Source: Oikopleura dioica (lineage: Eukaryota > Animalia > Chordata). Taken from it: DNA of 64,000 nucleotides. This document shows positions 60,429-64,000 of the stretch, one piece after another; the stretch's first letter is position 1; each line of letters opens with the position of its first letter. The notes beneath the pieces are model-generated. The model was not told the origin of the DNA and did not search any database. It worked only from the letters and a program-made list of their open reading frames with translations. Both the position numbers and the translations under genes were made by a program. Location: contig OU015567.1 of assembly GCA_907165135.1 (NCBI GenBank), forward strand, positions 8,370,001 through 8,434,000, read 5' to 3'.

Positions 60429-63400
60429 TCAAATCTGCGCGCCCATCTTTTGAAACGCGGTGGCACCGGTTGGCGCGTCAGGAGACGCCATCGTTACCGT
60501 TGCTGCTTTCCGTGCCAGGAGCTCGCTCTTCGCCGGCCACGTCGGGAAGTGCTCGCGCGGCTAGAAAGAGATGATTGTAAGGGCTTGATTACAAGAGGGT
60601 ATCAATTAATCTTGAAATCAACAAGGAATTTACAATTTGACGAGTTTTTTATTACTTTTCTATCAAAAATTATACGATAGCGCAGAAATAAATATTTTAA
60701 CCTTTTTTTAAAGCATCGAATTTATGGTTCTTCTAAAAGATTATCTTGCTAGAGAAGTCTTTTCTTAAAAAAAGTTACCGTTGGGATCGGAGTCATCTTG
60801 AGCCAAACGTCCTCCAGCGCGCGCTCGGCAGTCCAGCGCTCATTCGGATCATAGGTTAACAAACTAAATTACAGGTTAATACATCCTTGCAAAAATTCAA
60901 GGTCTGTTGTGGCATCGGATAATGATTGAATTGACAGGGGATGAATACACACCGAACGTGTTCTCGATTTCCTGTAATTTGAATTGTGTCTAAGAGTTTG
61001 TTAATTTTTTGTTCAAAATGCCAGCTAATTACCCATTCAGGAAGTTGTAGCCCTCCTTTTTCATTTGGTCCTTGTAGCGCTTCCGCAGCATGTTTCCTCT
61101 GTTACGCTCCCAGTTGATTTTCTTCGCGTGTGGTAGCTCGGAAAAGCCAGGCCAGACGTTGTCATCTGGGGTTCCAAGTTCCTAGAGGCAATTTTAACTG
61201 GGGCTGGGGATTTATCTGGGGTAATTATCGAGAAATGGGGTTCGTTTTGGGGATAGCCAGCAGTGATTGCCCCAGATAGAGAGTACTCGCATCTGATTGG
61301 CCGAAAAACGTCGATATCCCCGAAAAAGCAAGGTTAAAACTTACCTTGAATATTAATTTACACTGTTCTTGCTCTGTTTTCCCGGGGAAGAGAGGCTTTC
61401 CTTGTAAAAACTCGCCCATGATACAACCACAAGACCATAAATCTGAACAAAGATCATCAATTAACTTCTTCCGACCGTTTATTTTTCCTCACCGATATAA
61501 GTGGAATATTTTTTCTGACCAAGAAGAAGCTCTGGGGAGCGATACCAAAGAGTAACGACGACTTCTGTAAATTCACCGAGTGGGGAGCCATATTCTCTTG
61601 CCAGCCCGAAATCGGCTATTTTTAGCACAGCTGAAGTGCGATTTTTGATCACATATTGCCGGGAAAGTCTACCTTTATGATTTAATAAAAGATTGGAAGT
61701 CTTCAAATCCCGGTGCAAGATCCAGTTATCGTGCAAATGATTGACTCCCCTGAGCAACTGTATCATCAGCGTCTTAACTTCTCCAATGGTGAAGTTTCCC
61801 TTCATCGTTTCCATGAGTGTCTTCATGTCGTGTTCAAGATATTCCATGGCAATGTAGATCTTGTCTTTCGTAGCACCAACGCAGATTTCCAGCACATTTA
61901 TCACATTTTCATGTTTTGCTATGAAAAACATTGAAATCAACAAGGACCAACTCATGAAAATCTACCTTTGAGAAGTGTGACGATTTCTCGTAAAGAGGTG
62001 ATTGGGAAACCGAGCTTTTCTTTCTCCATTTTCAGCTTTTTCAGCGCGACGACTTGTTCAGATCTTTTGTCGACGGCACGGAAGACGACGCCATATGTTC
62101 CTTCTGCTATTCTATTCAGGAATTTATAACTGTCGTCGACTTGCCGACAGCCTTGTATCGATGGATAGTAAAAATCTTAAAATGACACTTATTTTTGGCT
62201 CTTTTCTAAACTCTTACCTAGTCTTCCTCCTTCTGGTTCCTGATCATTTTCCAGCGCCTCTCCATTTTCGTCATAAAGGCCCCCCAAAACATCCTCCTGC
62301 GCTGGAGGCGGCGGAGTCGCCATATGAGCTGGACTGGAGTGTTGAGAAAGAGAACGCGCTGTCATTTCTTGCTGGAGCGATGTCACCGCGGCTGGAAGTG
62401 CTGCAAGTTCTGGTTTGTCTGCTTCATCGTCGCTAGAATCACTTGCCCATTTGGACTTGGTTTTCTCTCGAATGAGGTCGGAATTGACGGAATCTAGCCG
62501 GTTACGGGAATGGTACATTGGTTCGTCGCGCACTGGAGTTAATCTTCTTTCAGATTCAGAAAAGTTTTCTCATACATTTTTGCCAGAATTATTCAAGATT
62601 TGATCTCGATTCCAAACGATTAGTTTTTTCAAAAAAAAAAGGAAGAAGAATCGTCAAAAGTCGTCATTTTTCTGAACCATTCCTGTGAGAATCTCCATTC
62701 TGCGTACTTTTCCTATTCTTGCTGCTTTCCATAATAACATCAGTCACCAATTTCAAATCGTTTTCATTCGTTTCATCATTGATGAGTTCGTTGATCAAAT
62801 CGTCGGCCGTGATTTTTTCATCTTTTATTTCTCCTTCGTCCGATTCCGCGTCAGAATGCGCGTTTCGTTCGCCCCGGCTAATGTTCTTCTCGTATTGCTT
62901 TGTCACGGGATTGAAGACGACTGAGGAAAGGGATGAAAAATGACGAAAATTGAACAAAATTCTTGATAGAAAAAAATTCTATTGAACGCCTCTTTATTGG
63001 CTAGATTTTCATCCCTTTTCAGAAGGCGAAGATCGATCTCTCGAGCTTCTCTTTCTATCTGACTTGTTCGAAATCGTCACAGTCCTTGACGGTCTCGCTC
63101 TTTTTCTCTCATCTTCGCTGGAAGTCCTCGATTTCTTCCGATCTCGATCGTCCCTCTCATCGGAATATTTCCGACTTTTCTTGCTCGATTTTCCGATTTT
63201 CTTTCGCAAATCTTCTCGCAGCTTTTTCAGCTCGTTTTCGCTCATGTTATCTGCGTTTTTCAAATATTCGCCAGCGAAATCATCTGCAATTTCTGAAAAG
63301 ACATTTTCAAGTTGACTTCAATAACTCAAGAATCTTCTAGAACTCTTTCTCTTTTCCAGAATTCGTCCCTTTTCTCTAAAATCAACTAGATTTGTTATTT

Positions 63401-63450
63401 CGAATCTTCTTACCAGAAGCCAAATCGTCCCAGATCGCCTCTTCTGACAT
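60429..63450 (-). CDS. CDK11: Cyclin-dependent kinase 11 (PITSLRE), multi-exon
   Basis: RS/RE-rich N-terminus, [67 protein letters not shown] and C-terminal FPTWPAKSE. Confidence 0.96.
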
Positions 63451-63525
63451 GGAATCGAATCTGAATCGTCTCTAGAACAAATAAGTTACTCGCTTCTGAG
63501 TAATTCTCCTTACGCAGCAATTTTC

Positions 63526-63555
63526 ATTGGCTGAAAGAAGGCGCGCTCAGCCAAT
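63526..63555. promoter_or_regulatory. Inverted pair of CCAAT boxes upstream of CDK11 (possibly a bidirectional promoter)
   Basis: ATTGGCTGA ... TCAGCCAAT 9-bp inverted repeat flanking GGCGCGC, ~75-105 bp upstream of the ATG at 63450. Confidence 0.5.
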
Positions 63556-64000
63556 CATAACCTATACTTTCTTTCAAAATTGGAAAAGGACTTCAAAACG
63601 CGAGACCGATAGTGATGCCTTAAAATGAAGAAGCTGATGTTGTAGCATCCATTGCAAAAATGAAATATATTAAAAACTGACAAGAATAGAGGGATAAAAT
63701 GAAGAAGCAAAACTCCTACTAGTTGACCCGTCAATTGCAATGGTCGATTGCTTATAATCTTACTGAATACCCCTTGCAGTAACTGCCCTAATCGTCGAAT
63801 TGAAATTAACGATTTCCATTATTAATACTTATTTTATATTTTCATTTATCATTTCATTCTTTACTTTTTCTTCAAGCAACTTCAACATCAGGAGACCGAG
63901 ATGTCCTGATTTATCAACAGAGAGGGGCCCTCTGCTACAGTAATTTACTCGAAATAATCTGCATTCGCGGATATAAAAGCAAATATGTCCTGAATAAAGC

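Overview
AT-rich eukaryotic DNA with compact genes and many 35-60 nt GT-AG introns. The style is most consistent with the appendicularian tunicate Oikopleura, which is an inference and not proven. Recognisable host genes are an MLX-like bHLH-ZIP, a SUSD3-like single-Sushi membrane protein, MEAF6/Eaf6, PRC1 (with a CDE/CHR + CCAAT promoter), AKAP10, a C2H2 zinc-finger gene, a calmodulin-like gene and CDK11, plus a divergent pair of paralogous orphan coiled-coil genes. The window is rich in young mobile elements. (i) A 4.08-kb non-autonomous LTR retroelement at 13994-18069 has 278-bp LTRs differing at one base, a 4-bp TSD, a tRNA-Leu-type PBS, decayed gag, an intact -1 frameshift signal and a protease. 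It has no RT/RNase H/integrase and instead carries an unknown ~390-codon accessory gene bracketed by duplicated PPT-like sequences. This is the best candidate for an undescribed system. (ii) A 5'-truncated, inverted Penelope-like element has a 13-bp TSD and two minimal hammerhead ribozymes. (iii) A nested pair of hAT-type MITEs landed exactly in front of the zinc-finger gene's stop codon. (iv) There is a 1.86-kb element with 503-bp TIRs and several other MITE families. I recognised no CRISPR, rRNA or tRNA genes. All calls were made by eye, without database searches.
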